From a virus (lineage: Duplodnaviria > Caudoviricetes), in IMG/VR virus record IMGVR_UViG_3300032004_000002, positions 20,725 through 84,724 of that record: DNA of 64,000 nucleotides; one strand, written 5' to 3'. A model generated the notes under the pieces. That model saw only the letters and a list, made by a program, of their open reading frames with translations. It had not been told where the DNA came from and did no database searches. The position numbers were made by a program, and so were the translations under genes. Positions 8,378 to 18,248 of this stretch are shown one piece after another; position 1 is the first letter of the stretch; the number at the start of each line of letters is the position of its first letter.

Positions 8378-8460
8378 AACAAGATGAAGGGTTCGAACCT
8401 TCGGATGCCTCAGTATTGGGTTTGCAGAACCCACTGCTTGCATTCTATCTGCGTCAACAA
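8378..8460 (-). pseudogene. Degenerate tRNA (Cys-GCA-derived or Ala-UGC)
   Basis: Perfect T-arm GAAGG-TTCGAAC-CCTTC and anticodon arm TGGGT-TCTGCAA-ACCCA, but truncated D-arm, bulged acceptor and no CCA. Confidence 0.55.
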
Positions 8461-8590
8461 TAGTCCACTCTGTCAATCATGTCTCGGAAATGACGCTGTA
8501 AAGTCGCCGTCATACTTTATTTGATGCTCAGAGATTTCAACTAAGCACATCAAATTCTTCCCAGCAATTTTCACTGTCTGACTCGGTATA

Positions 8591-8618
8591 ATTATAGCAC
8601 CTTTCTAACCATTGTCAA
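8591..8618 (-). promoter_or_regulatory. Strong sigma70 promoter for the tRNA/structured-RNA block
   Basis: TTGACA-16-TATAAT with extended -10 TG. Confidence 0.8.
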
Positions 8619-8650
8619 GCAATTTGTAACAATAAACGTTATTTACTACA

Positions 8651-8824
8651 TTAATCTTCATAATCAGGCATTATTTTCTTAAATCGAGTACCGTAAAAGG
8701 AACAACCTTCATGTTGATACTCAAATCTAAACTTGCCTTCAATGATTTCATCTTCTAGCATTTCGTCACAATTACAGTCTTTATATTCATTGCCACAGGA
8801 AGGGCAATAGTACAATTCGCCCAT
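8651..8824 (-). CDS. 57-aa Cys-rich acidic hypothetical protein (absent from ORF track)
   Basis: GGAG RBS; MGELYYCPSCGNEYKDCNCD...; own promoter at 8857-8886. Confidence 0.65.
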   Translation of the reverse strand: MGELYYCPSCGNEYKDCNCDEMLEDEIIEGKFRFEYQHEGCSFYGTRFKKIMPDYED

Positions 8825-8856
8825 CTGTGGACTCCTTATTAGTTATCAATAAAAGA

Positions 8857-8886
8857 ACTATAAACGACACACAGTGTTTCTGTCAA
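8857..8886 (-). promoter_or_regulatory. sigma70 promoter
   Basis: TTGACA-18-TATAGT. Confidence 0.6.
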
Positions 8887-8897
8887 GCATTATTATT

Positions 8898-9182
8898 TTA
8901 AACTGTATTGTATCCACCAAATACAGAAGGAATACACCAATTATCTTTAATCATTTTCTGTTTCTTTGCATTCAATATCTTTTCTTCTGTCTTTAGTTTC
9001 TTACAGGAAATAGACTTCCACGGTTCGGGGCAACACCCTACACAGACACAAGAGTGCGGATTGAAATTAGGAAGGTATCGTTCTTTACTTCCGCACTCTA
9101 GACAACCACGTTTGATATTGAAATGATTAGTTTTACTTTTTACCGCTTCTGCAATCGTCATTGTTGGTAGTTCATTGTTCAT
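8898..9182 (-). CDS. Zinc-finger protein (CxxC-x16-CxxC)
   Basis: CLECGSKERYLPNFNPHSCVCVGC; ATGA overlap with the upstream polymerase-like gene. Confidence 0.65.
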   Translation of the reverse strand: MNNELPTMTIAEAVKSKTNHFNIKRGCLECGSKERYLPNFNPHSCVCVGCCPEPWKSISCKKLKTEEKILNAKKQKMIKDNWCIPSVFGGYNTV

Positions 9183-10540
9183 TTCTTATCAACCTTGCAA
9201 AAAGTTTTATCCCCTAGTACTGTTTCCCATGCTGCATACATGGCGTCTTCTAAATCTTTCTCAGCGCTAGCTTTAACCAAGCAACTGTCATGATAAGCTA
9301 ATACTGTATGCCCCTTGACCCCCATTGCACCAACAATACGCATCATGATCTTACTATCAATATTCTGCAACGTAATACCGGCATCAGAAAAGAAGTGCTC
9401 TGCAATAAAATCGTTATGACTTTGCACAGCCTCAAGTACTGCTGAATAATCTACATTACCAACCATTGCATAAAACTCTTGATCTTCAATACTATTTTGA
9501 GCACGATCAATCTTTACTTTATTACCAAGTGTCCAAGCTGCGCTGTTCTTATCATTAGAATTCATACCAATCAAAATAGCTAGCTTAGCTAACTGTCGTA
9601 CTGGATTGTGTGTTTTACCTGTCACACTTTCCCACTGTTCTTTCAAACGACCATCAACTTTAATAAACGAAAGGTCTGCATTGTAAGGAGAGAAGTCATC
9701 CCCCATCACATCATAAATACTAAAGCCATCTGTATTGTACATAAGCTGATAGCAGATGCTTGGGTGAATTGCTGAATAGTCCAACTCCACAACCGGTTCA
9801 CCGTCAATCTTCAGAGATGATGCACGCACATGTTGTGGAAGAAGCTGCACACCACCACCAAGAGTATAGAGACGTCCACCACTATCCAAATCCCCACTAA
9901 AGATACGGCGGTATGCAACATCAGCAATCGGACGATCATCGAAAGTAATAGATGCACCAGCCAGCATATCATTCATACTCTTAACCTCACCTTTGATGTC
10001 TTTAAATCCTTTATGACCCCGTGTTGGAATCATCTCTTTTGTCTCACGATTACGAATGATAGCTAGGTCATTATCTTCAAGCTCTTTCCATAGGTTGTAA
10101 TTTGTATTCACATCAGTCCACATGTCTGCTGTTCTCTTTTTAAATATCATACACGAAGGAATGGACTCATCTGGAATAAGACTTCCTTTGTGCATCTTCC
10201 AAGACTTCACATAGCCTTTATAAAGATCAATGTAACCCTTTGACTCAAGGAAGTCAACAAGAGATTTAATCTTTCTGTACCCAATACCTTGTCTTGACTT
10301 AGTGTAAGCATGTATATCAAGACTGAAGATAAAGCCACCAGCATTCTTCTTCACTGCACGAGCAGAGTTAGACACCCACCATCTTACTGCTTCTTCCCAT
10401 TTATAGTTGGTATGTTCTAATACCTGATCTACAATCTTCTTGTAGTACTTAGACTCATGGAAATAGATATAACTTCGTACACACCTTAGATTAACAGAGT
10501 AAGCTTGATGCTCTGTCATATTACTTAATTCATAGATCAA
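9179..10540 (-). CDS. Minimal family-A/T7-RNAP-superfamily polymerase (TV-Pol-like)
   Basis: GGRLY; motif A ELDYSAIHP; motif B RQLAKLAILIGMN; motif C YHDS; N-terminal wHTH-like segment; no exonuclease domain; AAGGAG RBS with TTG start. Confidence 0.7.
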   Translation of the reverse strand: MIYELSNMTEHQAYSVNLRCVRSYIYFHESKYYKKIVDQVLEHTNYKWEEAVRWWVSNSARAVKKNAGGFIFSLDIHAYTKSRQGIGYRKIKSLVDFLESKGYIDLYKGYVKSWKMHKGSLIPDESIPSCMIFKKRTADMWTDVNTNYNLWKELEDNDLAIIRNRETKEMIPTRGHKGFKDIKGEVKSMNDMLAGASITFDDRPIADVAYRRIFSGDLDSGGRLYTLGGGVQLLPQHVRASSLKIDGEPVVELDYSAIHPSICYQLMYNTDGFSIYDVMGDDFSPYNADLSFIKVDGRLKEQWESVTGKTHNPVRQLAKLAILIGMNSNDKNSAAWTLGNKVKIDRAQNSIEDQEFYAMVGNVDYSAVLEAVQSHNDFIAEHFFSDAGITLQNIDSKIMMRIVGAMGVKGHTVLAYHDSCLVKASAEKDLEDAMYAAWETVLGDKTFCKVDKK

Positions 10541-10769
10541 TCACTTATTCTCCTTGTTGTTGGTAGTAGAGGATAGAGAGGTGTTAGTAGATAGATGTAT
10601 TGTATTACATGTTCTCCTCTACAGCCCCCGGTTTATAAGGGTTTGTGCCCTTTCTACTCGGTACTTTCTCATAAATGCTCTCTAATTCATCTACTCAGTC
10701 TACACCCAATCCCACCCACGTCAACCCCCTCTCCAAAACAATTTATCCCACCCTCCTCAGAAAATACCC

Positions 10770-10798
10770 TTGACACCCTGTCTGGTAGAGCTTACTAT
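10770..10798 (+). promoter_or_regulatory. sigma70 promoter for the plus-strand small-ORF cluster
   Basis: TTGACA-17-TACTAT. Confidence 0.75.
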
Positions 10799-10853
10799 AG
10801 CTAAACACAACGAGGTAAGCATAGCTCTATCAGCGATTCACATATGAGGGGAT

Positions 10854-13800
10854 TTGAAGATGACATACGAAGAAATGTATAAGGATTGGAAGTATTTGTG
10901 GGACATTGCACCAGCAAATGATATGACTGGTGGTTATGTAGATCAAGATGACTTGAAACGAATGCTCAAAAGTCCATCCAAGGCCACAGCGAAGTATTGC
11001 CTTGAACGACAAATGGAATATTGGTTTCAGGCTGGCCCTGATGGGTTTGAAATTTGCAGGAACTATGAACATCTTTGTGAAGAGTATCCAAAAATTGAGC
11101 AGATCCGTAAGAAATATGATTTCAATGTAAGGGACTGGCTATGAAACAAATCCAAAACACCCCAAATGGCTGGATGGCCTACTGCTCAGCCATCAAAGAA
11201 TCTGTACAAAGAGACTTGACGAAGCGTGACTATAGTGTGATGATGGCTTCGTATATTGGAAGGGTTAGTGTGGATGAGTGTGTTAGTCAATTGGAGAATA
11301 AATAATGACACACATTAAATCAGATTGGCACGAAGGTCTGCTTTGGGCTGAAGATCTTTGTAAGGATGGAGAAGGTTGGGGAGCAGTGCCTGTGAAGATT
11401 ATGCTGTCCTATGTTGAAGATGCTTCTTGGAGTTTTGAAGATAGGGAATCTTTTATTGAAGGAGCATTCGATTATGCTGACCATATTTGGCACAGAGTTG
11501 AGGGGTAGATGATGAAACAGTGGAAGATTTATTTGATTGTTGCGATTATCTCCGGTTTTCTTGCAGGTGTGGTCAAATACAACGATGACTATATGGTGGA
11601 AAAAGACGTACATGTAACATTTATAGATAAAATGGAAAGAAATAGCTGCCACAAGTCAAATTGCACAGGTAAGTTGTACGGACTGTTCAAGACAGATGAT
11701 GGAATATTCTTTGACAGACAAATCAGCATGTATATGTACACACAAATGAAAGTAGGGGAAGACTTTAATCTAACTTTACGAAGGATGGACATTAAACAAA
11801 CAGGCTGGGATAATGTGATTTATTTCTTTGGTGTCATAACCATGTCTATATTTGTTGTCATGCTCATTGCCTCCCCTTTAGCGTATTTTGTTTTGGATAA
11901 GGAGGATAATTGATATGAGCACCCTACGAGTAATTGAACGTAAACACGGAAAACACAAGGCTTGCTAAGAAAGCTGTAGAAATATAGCTCAAATTAGCCT
12001 ATCAATCCCTTGTTTGATGCAAGAAATGATGTATAATTTCAACGTAAATTGAAAATGGAAGGCAGCACAAAGCTATAGGAATGTTGCCCTATTTTGATGT
12101 GATAAAATCAACGGTAATTTATTAGGAGAGAATTATGAATGTAGGTGAGCTGAAGAAAATGCTTGAGAAATATCCAGACGAGATGGAAATTTTGAATGGT
12201 CGGTACAGTGATTATGATTTGGTTGAGGAAAATGAGTGGCACATTGTTAAGGCAGTTCCTAAAGATGGTTATGTAATGCGCTCACATCCCACAATGAGCG
12301 AAGAGAACAAGAGTCAAGAAAAAGAATATCTTTACTTGGAAGGTAATTAAGATGAATAATCTCCCATTACTAAATGCAGAAGAACGTCAAGCACTCTTGG
12401 AAAAGGGTAGGCTTGCGAAGTTAGCCAAGAAAGAATTCGCCGAGGCTAATCTTAAATTGGACTATTCAGATGAGAATTATTGGACCACCAAATCAGCAGA
12501 GCTTGGTATTCGATTACCGCAGAAGTTTGCTGTAGGAGCAAAAGGTATTCGTAAGACAGCTAAAGCACTTGGTGTAGATATAAAAGAGTTCCTAGATTCA
12601 ACGGGCTGTAATAACTTGAATGAACTATGCGCGTTGAATCCGACTTGGAACTCAAGAGCACTTGCATCTTTAGTTGTGGAGTATTATCTTGACGTCCAAT
12701 AAGGAATATGTAATCATTCAAGCACTACTTAGTCTATTCGGTAAAGTGGACTTACAGACTCCAAAGGATGTGCAGATTATTAAAGAATTACATAAAATGC
12801 TTAAGGAGATTGAAGAATGAAACTAACCAGTAATCAAAAACAACTCAGCGTGTCAGTTCCAATGCTCATATTCTCTTTTATGGGGTTGTACTTGAGTTAC
12901 CCAGCAATTTCACTGTCTTTAGTGCTATGGTTCCCGTTTATTGCTGGGATGGGATGGACTTCTGCAATTCTTGTTATTCTTTTTAGTCAGTCAAAATTTG
13001 CAAAATGGCTTTTAAGGGATGACAAATGAACATCCAACAAATTGACTACATCAAAGCCCTCAACACAAAATATCCATCAGGAACGCTTCAATACATTCTC
13101 CTGCAAAACAATTTGCAATCAGCAACATTTGAGGGTACATTGAAGTGGCTGCTTGAAAGGTATGTTGAGCATGTTGAGGAATACAAGGCTGAGAATGCTA
13201 GGATGGCTTTAGCATTGAAGAAGAACAACTTATACACATCAGAGAATGTTTTAGGAGAGTAACAGTGACAGATTTTAATGAGCTTGTAGGGATTACAGTG
13301 AATAGCCTGATTATCAACGATGATAAGACATGTCTAGTGTTTCGAAGTAATGAGAATGTATTGTATTTCTATGAATCAGAGTTTGTAGAGATTCGTGGTG
13401 TAGATATGTTTGATGATAAATATGGGAACATTAATGGGTATGAGATTATTGGTACAGAATCTTTTGGTGATCATTACTTGATTAACTTTAGGGAAGATTA
13501 TTCATTGTCTGTCAAGAGTGGGACAGAGATTAAATGTGCAGGTGTGATCAATGAGAATGTGTTGAAAGATGCACATAAGTTTAGTCAATTGGTTGAGGAT
13601 TTTTAAACATGAGTCACATACTTCGTAATTCATTGTATGCGTTATATCGTAACGATCATGACATTCTGAATATGCTAGAGCAGCTGGATTTTAGCGAGCT
13701 TACTAGAAAATTTGATGACGAGCTGTACAGCCGTATGCCTAAAGAGCAAGTTAAGCTTGCCCAAGCAATGTTGACATGCGACACTCTGCTCAAATATGAT

Positions 13801-14108
13801 CTTGCTGTAGCAGAAAGTGCAGCAGCCTGTACACAAAAGATTGCTGAAATGATGAGTGTTCTTATTCTACCAACTACAGGGAAATCTAACTAATGGAATA
13901 CCATACAGAACTAGATTTTAATTGCAGCATACCAATGCCTAAAGTGAAACCCACAAAAGATCCTTGTATTGAGGAGAATGCTATTAAGGAGATTATGAGC
14001 TTAGCCCTATTTGGCGCTGCACAAAAGAATATTGAAGAGGGTAAACCAATATTTGACTCTGTGGAAAAAGTTGTTCAACTATTTAAAGATGCTGGCCTTA
14101 TCAAATAA
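10854..14108 (+). other. Cluster of ~11 small co-oriented hypothetical genes (10854-11144, 11141-11305, 11305-11508, 11509-11913, 12135-12350, 12352-12702, 12817-13029, 13026-13262, 13265-13606, 13609-13893, 13893-14108)
   Basis: Tightly packed, GGAG/GAGG RBSs, overlapping start/stop codons; 11509 and 12817 carry TM helices. Confidence 0.75.
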
Positions 14109-14109
14109 C

Positions 14110-14137
14110 TTGACACCAAGCCAACATAACGTATAAT
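14110..14137 (+). promoter_or_regulatory. sigma70 promoter
   Basis: TTGACA-16-TATAAT. Confidence 0.75.
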
Positions 14138-14157
14138 CAATTTTAAGGAGAATAAAT

Positions 14158-14556
14158 ATGACAGATAAAGTGGTTTATGAAGATGTATTGACAAGTTTGG
14201 GAGCTTTGCACACAGCTAGCAACAATCTTAATGATGCTGTAGCCTTGACTCCAAACGGAATTGAAATGGATAGTGAGCTGGATGGTCTTGTTATCACTAT
14301 GCAACAAATCTCTACATGGGCACAGAATAATATTAACCAAATCAATCAGGAGCAAGTTTTGAATGATTTTCTAGCCAGCCTTAAAACTTTGATGCTTGAA
14401 TATTCTGCAAGTTTTGAGATTGGTAGTACTAGTGCAGGATATGGGGTTAGCTATGGGGAAGGTGAGGCTAGTGGGATTAGAGTGACGGTGGAAAAGGACG
14501 GCGTGGTGAGTAGTCGGGTGTTTGAAGGGAATAGTTTGACAAGTGATGATCTTTGA
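14158..14556 (+). CDS. Hypothetical protein
   Basis: 132 aa, AAGGAG RBS, first gene after the promoter. Confidence 0.7.
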   Translation: MTDKVVYEDVLTSLGALHTASNNLNDAVALTPNGIEMDSELDGLVITMQQISTWAQNNINQINQEQVLNDFLASLKTLMLEYSASFEIGSTSAGYGVSYGEGEASGIRVTVEKDGVVSSRVFEGNSLTSDDL

Positions 14557-14577
14557 TTAATTAAGTGAGGCAACAAC

Positions 14578-15324
14578 ATGGCAAAAAGGAATCAGGCACA
14601 AGTAGTTGAAAATCGTTGGGACAAGAAAGCTGAAGTTGGCCGTGTCCTTAAACCTAAGTTCCAAGATGAAAGCTATATTGCAACACCGGTTACTGCCAAG
14701 ACAGAAGTACAGAAACAGTTCCTACAGGCACTGAAAGAGTATGACGTCATTGTATTCTCAGCGCCAGCTGGCGTAGGTAAAAGCTACCTTGCAATGAGTG
14801 AAGTGTCTGATTGGCTTAAGAAAGGAATCTATGATAAGATTACTCTCTCACGTGCAGTGATTCCAATGGGTCGTAGTCTGGGCATGCTTCCTAACAACCT
14901 GCAACAAAAGTTTGAACCTTTTCTGATGCCATTGCTGGAAGTGTTGTGGAAGCGGTATGGTAAGAGCTACTACGAAAACTGTCTTGCTCTCGGTACAATT
15001 GAGTTGCTTGCACCCGAGTACGCACGCGGTCGGTCTATCTCAGATATTTGCGTGATAGATGAGGTGCAATGTATGGCGCCCGATGAGCTTTATACAATGC
15101 TTACTCGAATGGAACAAGGTGCTAAACTGATTCTCATCGGAGATGGTACTGGTCACCAAACGGATATCAAAGGTGTAAATGGTATTGAGTGGTTGACTAA
15201 GTTTGTAGAAAACAATGTATCACTTCAGAAACACATTAAAGTAATCACAGCAACTAGCGAAGATATTGTTCGTGGCGGTTTGTGTAAAGCAATGGTGCAG
15301 GCTAAAGAGAAGGAGAGTAAATAA
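14578..15324 (+). CDS. phoH: PhoH-like ATPase
   Basis: APAGVGKS Walker A, GMLP, RGRS, IDEVQ, TRM, IGDG..Q.D motifs. Confidence 0.95.
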   Translation: MAKRNQAQVVENRWDKKAEVGRVLKPKFQDESYIATPVTAKTEVQKQFLQALKEYDVIVFSAPAGVGKSYLAMSEVSDWLKKGIYDKITLSRAVIPMGRSLGMLPNNLQQKFEPFLMPLLEVLWKRYGKSYYENCLALGTIELLAPEYARGRSISDICVIDEVQCMAPDELYTMLTRMEQGAKLILIGDGTGHQTDIKGVNGIEWLTKFVENNVSLQKHIKVITATSEDIVRGGLCKAMVQAKEKESK

Positions 15325-16088
15325 TGAAGCACGAAGAACTAATGATTATGCCCCAAAAGAGTCGTATCACTCAAAGCTCTCAAGTTGCAAACACCTATGT
15401 GATTAAAGTGTGGGAAGATATTGGTGACCCAAATGAATGGACTGAAGAACTGGATATCATTAATGGTGCCTCTGAAATTGATACCGTAGTATTAGATATT
15501 TGCTCAGGCGGGGGCGTAATGGATACTGCAATGCTTTTTAATCGAGCGTTGCGAAGCTGTCAAGCACATACTGTAGCTATCATTGGACCAACAGCAGCCT
15601 CAGCAGCCTCCGTATTTGCTCTTTCTTGTAAAGAGTTTATTTTGGATGAAACCTCTAGTCTAATGATCCATACAAGTTCTTATGGAATTGTTGCTAAGGA
15701 CACAGACATCTTTGAACATGCCAACTTCTCACGTCGTCAATTGAAGACATTGTACGAGAGTGTGTATAGTGGATTTTTGAGCGAAAATGAGCTTTCTGAT
15801 GTAATTAAGGGGACACCGTTCTACTTTGATGCTAACGATCTTGAAGTACGTTTGGATAGTTTGGAGGAATACCGTAAAAATCTTCCATGTCCTTGTGGCG
15901 ATCCGCTGTGTGGACAATCTCCAGAAGAAGGTGAGGAATTTGATCTTGAAGCCCTGATCGACGATAAAGTTGCCGAAGCTATCAAAGCCTACGACAAAAG
16001 TAAGTTGCAAAAGGAAGCTAAAGCTCGTAAACTAGCCGAGAAGAAAGTAAAGCCAGTTGTTGTGTTTGAAGAACCTGTAAAAGAATAA
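15324..16088 (+). CDS. clpP: ClpP-like (S14) protease
   Basis: ICSGGG oxyanion region, AASAAS nucleophile Ser, LMIH catalytic His. Confidence 0.8.
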   Translation: MKHEELMIMPQKSRITQSSQVANTYVIKVWEDIGDPNEWTEELDIINGASEIDTVVLDICSGGGVMDTAMLFNRALRSCQAHTVAIIGPTAASAASVFALSCKEFILDETSSLMIHTSSYGIVAKDTDIFEHANFSRRQLKTLYESVYSGFLSENELSDVIKGTPFYFDANDLEVRLDSLEEYRKNLPCPCGDPLCGQSPEEGEEFDLEALIDDKVAEAIKAYDKSKLQKEAKARKLAEKKVKPVVVFEEPVKE

Positions 16089-16132
16089 TCTTATTAGCAC
16101 AAGGATGTGCTCGCTTTAAAGGGGAGAGATTT

Positions 16133-16435
16133 ATGAGTAAAGAAAAAGAGATTGAAGCAGTGACTATCTCCTATGAGGATTTTATTGCTTATGACCACCT
16201 ACCAATTGGGAATTATTATTTCAAGAATGCAATGGGTGAAATAATTTATTTGAAAACAAGTTCTGCACAATTAGCTCAAGAATGGATCGACAACTATTCA
16301 GGAGTGAAAGGGAAGTACAAAGCGATTCCATCCAAGACTTTTAAGGGGAAGAGTCGTAGGGAAGATGGGGGTTACTCGGCTTCGGGTAGTAACACACGGC
16401 GGGGATTCGCGCCACAACTTAAGAAAACAAACTAG
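16133..16435 (+). CDS. Hypothetical protein
   Basis: 100 aa, GGGGAG RBS. Confidence 0.7.
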   Translation: MSKEKEIEAVTISYEDFIAYDHLPIGNYYFKNAMGEIIYLKTSSAQLAQEWIDNYSGVKGKYKAIPSKTFKGKSRREDGGYSASGSNTRRGFAPQLKKTN

Positions 16436-16444
16436 GAGAGAAGA

Positions 16445-17350
16445 ATGAATGTTTTAAGTCTATTTGATGGTATGTCCGTAGGTATGATTGCTTTACAAAA
16501 GGCTAATGTTAAGGTGACTAATTACTATGCATCTGAAATTGATAAACATGCAATCAAGGTAAGTCAATACAATTATCCAGGAATTGTCCGAATTGGTGAT
16601 GTAACTAAAGTATCCTACAAGAGTGGGGTGTTGACTACAGAGATGGGAGAATTTAAAGTAGGAGTTATTGATCTTCTAATCGGAGGAAGCCCTTGTCAAG
16701 ATTTCAGTACAGCCAAAGCTTTTGGTGAACACGGTACAACCCCGCAAGGATTGAATGGGTCTAAGAGTGGCTTGTTCTACCACTATTTGCGAATTAAAAA
16801 AGAAATTGAGGAATATAACCCAAAACTAAAGTTTTTACTTGAAAACGTTAAAATGAAAAAAGAGAGTAAGAAACAATTAGATGATTACCTCGGTGTTGAG
16901 GGTATTTATATTAACTCTGAGCTTGTAAGCTTTCAAAAACGTCCTCGTTACTATTGGTCAAACCTTTCTTTTGTGGCGCCAGAAAATCAATATGTGTCTT
17001 TTCAAGACTATAAAGAAATTGGTGACTTGGCTAAATACAAGTTGAACCCAACTCCATCTAGGATTCGTATGTGGGGAGATGGTAAAGGTACTAACGGTGT
17101 TCAATCTTGTGCTAACGTAACGTATGCAGATAAAGTGTATTGCCTAACAACAAAGCAAGATCGTTGCCCTAACAGTGGATTAGTTGAGTATGAAGACTTT
17201 TGCAGATACTTGACACAAAAAGAATTAGAACTCGCACAAACCGTTCCAATCGGTTACACTTCTTGTCTCAGTTATAATCAAGCATGTGCAGTACTTGGTA
17301 ATGGTTGGACTGTAGATGTTATTACACACATTTTTAGTAGTTTAAACTAG
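16445..17350 (+). CDS. DNA (cytosine-5)-methyltransferase
   Basis: Motif I SLFDG, motif IV GGSPCQ, motif VI ENV, motif VIII QKRPR, motif X LGNGW. Confidence 0.92.
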   Translation: MNVLSLFDGMSVGMIALQKANVKVTNYYASEIDKHAIKVSQYNYPGIVRIGDVTKVSYKSGVLTTEMGEFKVGVIDLLIGGSPCQDFSTAKAFGEHGTTPQGLNGSKSGLFYHYLRIKKEIEEYNPKLKFLLENVKMKKESKKQLDDYLGVEGIYINSELVSFQKRPRYYWSNLSFVAPENQYVSFQDYKEIGDLAKYKLNPTPSRIRMWGDGKGTNGVQSCANVTYADKVYCLTTKQDRCPNSGLVEYEDFCRYLTQKELELAQTVPIGYTSCLSYNQACAVLGNGWTVDVITHIFSSLN

Positions 17351-17359
17351 GAGAAAATA

Positions 17360-17503
17360 ATGCTACAATACGTATTCACAGATTACCTTGATCTTTCAGC
17401 TTCAGACCACTACGCTCTAGCTCAAATCCTTGACCAACACACTGAAACAAATGATTATGAAGAAGAAGAATATGACTACTTCTCACTCTCAACGGAGGCT
17501 TAA
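17360..17503 (+). CDS. 47-aa acidic protein (absent from ORF track)
   Basis: AGGAG RBS; MLQYVFTDYLDLS...NDYEEEEYDYFSLSTEA. Confidence 0.6.
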   Translation: MLQYVFTDYLDLSASDHYALAQILDQHTETNDYEEEEYDYFSLSTEA

Positions 17504-17504
17504 A

Positions 17505-17759
17505 ATGAAATTTTGTAAGATGCTAATGAATCAAAAAGATATCCACAATGGTCATTTCCAAATGCAAGTGAATCGCATGTCTGTGAAGAAAGCTATTAAG
17601 CTCTGCAAGAAGCTTGAAGCATACACTAAAGACAAATACATGTTCTATGTACAAGTGTTCACCGACAATAGCTGGACAATCTATCAGGCCGGATACTTTC
17701 CAGATCGTCAAGGGAATCTGGCTGATCGGATGATTTTGAGTTCGGATAATCTCCAATGA
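17505..17759 (+). CDS. Hypothetical protein
   Basis: Start re-assigned to MKFCKM after a GGAGG RBS. Confidence 0.6.
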   Translation: MKFCKMLMNQKDIHNGHFQMQVNRMSVKKAIKLCKKLEAYTKDKYMFYVQVFTDNSWTIYQAGYFPDRQGNLADRMILSSDNLQ

Positions 17760-18166
17760 AAAGTAAAGAGTACAAACTTTACGCCGATATGTGTTCTCGT
17801 GTAGCTGAATGCTCTGATGCTGAACGTAAGAAGGTGGGAAGTGTTCTAATTACACCAGATGATGTACTTCTGATCGGATTTAACGGAACCCCTAGCGGAT
17901 TTGACAACAAGTGTGAAGATGAGCAAGGCCATACGCTCAGTCATGTTTTGCACTCAGAATCCAATGCGATTATGAAAGCTACACGAGCAGGGGTAAGCCT
18001 TAAAGGAAGTACATTATTTTGCTCACTGAGTCCTTGCCAACAATGTAGTAACCTTATTGTGCAAGCCGGTATCAAGAAGGTTGTTTACAAGGAAGAATAT
18101 CGGGACACATCACCATTGATCTTTCTTATTAAAGCATCTGTGATAGTAGAAAAGTACAATCAATGA
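17756..18166 (+). CDS. dCMP deaminase
   Basis: GFNG, HSE and SPCQQC zinc-binding motifs. Confidence 0.92.
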   Translation: MKSKEYKLYADMCSRVAECSDAERKKVGSVLITPDDVLLIGFNGTPSGFDNKCEDEQGHTLSHVLHSESNAIMKATRAGVSLKGSTLFCSLSPCQQCSNLIVQAGIKKVVYKEEYRDTSPLIFLIKASVIVEKYNQ

Positions 18167-18248
18167 TTCTGTTTACAAAGCCAGCATCTTAAGCCATAAT
18201 TGGTCCTAGATAGCTGGCTATTTTTATATCTGAAACTAGGAGAAACAC

